NCBI GenBank assembly: GCA_024679065.1
Contig: JAGIQG010000012.1
Location: 58,280,001-58,344,000 of the forward strand
Length of the DNA stretch: 64,000 nucleotides
From: Sphyrna mokarran
Lineage: Eukaryota
Reading direction: 5' to 3'
Numbering within the stretch: position 1 is the stretch's first letter; each line of letters opens with the position of its first letter. Below are positions 62,295 through 64,000 of the stretch, one piece after another. The notes beneath the pieces are model-generated. The model worked only from the letters and a program-made list of their open reading frames with translations. It had not been told where the DNA came from and did not search any database. Both the position numbers and the translations under genes were made by a program.

Positions 62295-62608
62295 TTAGGA
62301 TTCCAATAATGAATGCCACCGACAAACTTGCTGTCCCTTTGATTCCTTCATTTCAGTCCAATGATTCAGCTCTTCCTCACCTGAGCTGTTGAGGCCTAGC
62401 GAAATCCAGCCAATCATTTCTTTGCGTTTCATGCTCCGTTTGTTATACACAGATAGTATGAGTGTCACATCGGAAAGCTGAAACAGTGCTACCTGAAAAA
62501 TGAATGTTTCTTTGTACACAGGATTTGGTTGGCCTCGACGGATGGACGTCTTACATTTGGACATCTCCTGACCCATAGAATTCAGCAATGTTAACTTGAC
62601 ATATGTGT
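62295..62608 (-). CDS. SYT14: Synaptotagmin-14, last coding exon (C-terminal part of the C2B domain)
   Basis: Acceptor tttttccag|AC ACA TAT GTC AAG. Reads [103 protein letters not shown], near-identical to the recalled SYT14 C-terminus. Synteny with SERTAD4 favours SYT14 over SYT16. Confidence 0.96.
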
Positions 62609-64000
62609 CTGGAAAAACAATTCAGTTTAACAGAGGCATCAGAGATAAGAACACTTCTTTCATCACTATACTGTTACCAATATCAAACATTTAGCAAGCT
62701 TCGACTAGCCACAACACTTGGTAAGCGTACTAGTCAATCTCCATTATGGAGTGTACAATACATAGAAGAAATGAAAAGGTATGCCTAAAAGACAGCAGAG
62801 GTGATGAAAATGAATCAAGAACAAGGGGCAACAGGGAGCACAGAAATGCCATCAAAACAATTTGGCATGGGATGGACATTAAGAACAGCAACAGCTGGAA
62901 TAACAATCTCTCCATTGTTTTTATTTAATTTCTGAACTAATTAATATATATGAAAAAATAAATTTATTAGGTGAATTATTAGAACCAGTTTGAATCTTGT
63001 GAATCTGAATGTTAGGTATAACCATTTTTTTGAATAAATTTGTTGACTTTTTCCTCCAATTTTATACTGACCTGGGTGAGGGTTGACAGTGTGGAGAATC
63101 TTTAAAATATCCCTTTTGATGAAAGTAATATATCATCAGGCATCCACAGGCTATAGGCTCCATTCAGTGTACAACTCTTTTATCCTGCCACAATAATATA
63201 TATCAATCCCACCTTCAGAACACTGCGATATTTTCATTTATTATGGGCTTGCTGAGTGAGATTACCAGTGCTATTCCAATCACTCTTCATTTTCAGATAG
63301 AATTTTTGCTGTGGTCTTTTATTTATTGAAACTGCTAAGTTGACTTCATAAAGAGCTGTTAATGGTAATCAATCTATCCTGGAATTAAAAAACAGGTCCC
63401 AGAATTTTAAAAATGTATACTAACATAACATGTATAATAGAGCCATCTTTACTTAAAAAAAAAACATCTATTTTGTCTTTCATACTCAAGCATAGTATTA
63501 CATTGAAATAATTATGCAGAAAAGTCATTCAGTCCAATCAACTTGTGTTGATGTGTATCTCCTTGACCTGTTCTTATATCTCTGTTCTCATATCTCTTTC
63601 ACCCTCTTTCAGAGCCACCAATTTATTCTTAAATGTTAACGCTGTCACCTATTACATGCCAGAAGAATGGTCAACTAGAAGGGGAAAGTCTATTGGGCAC
63701 AACTGAATAACAATTTGCATGCAAGATTTAATTTTCAAACAGATCATTAAATAGACACGTAGCATTCCCATTCCATTCAAATTGGTGGAATGCTGATCAA
63801 ATACGCAAATAGAGGTTCAGTTACACTAGGCACCAAGGTGTCTTAGAGGTGGAACAGCTAAAGACCACTCAGGATATTTTTTGGACAGATTTTTATGCAG
63901 CAAGTTTCCACTCACTATTGGCCACCACCATCATTCCTTCAGGATCCCCAGTTCCAAAATAAGCCCTATTTTCTGGCTGGATTAGTGGAAAATGTTGGCT

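Overview
Vertebrate nuclear DNA, almost certainly from an elasmobranch (shark). The evidence is the HE1-type SINEs, CR1 LINEs with (TTCTATG)n tails and shark-type Harbinger and Penelope-derived repeats. Two host genes lie on the minus strand in the order known from human 1q32. The first is the terminal coding exon of synaptotagmin-14 (62295-62608) with a ~2.1 kb repeat-free 3'UTR. The second, ~44 kb further along, is the 5' part of SERTAD4: a CpG-rich promoter at ~13.7-16.2 kb, the first coding exon at 13754-13886 and the next exon at 309-424; its last exon lies outside the window. Most of the remainder is layered transposon debris: young and old CR1s, HE1, Deu-domain and tRNA SINEs, decayed PIF/Harbinger nuclease and Myb/SANT genes, and MITEs with 3-bp TSDs. 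The most unusual signal is at least three families of palindromic or inverted-repeat elements carrying minimal hammerhead-ribozyme cores (CUGANGA...GAAA), best seen at 6814-7770 and 20961-21133. Almost all other ORFs in the supplied track are spurious or TE-derived. I found no intact novel multi-gene system. All family assignments come from motifs read by eye, not from database searches, and TE boundaries are approximate.
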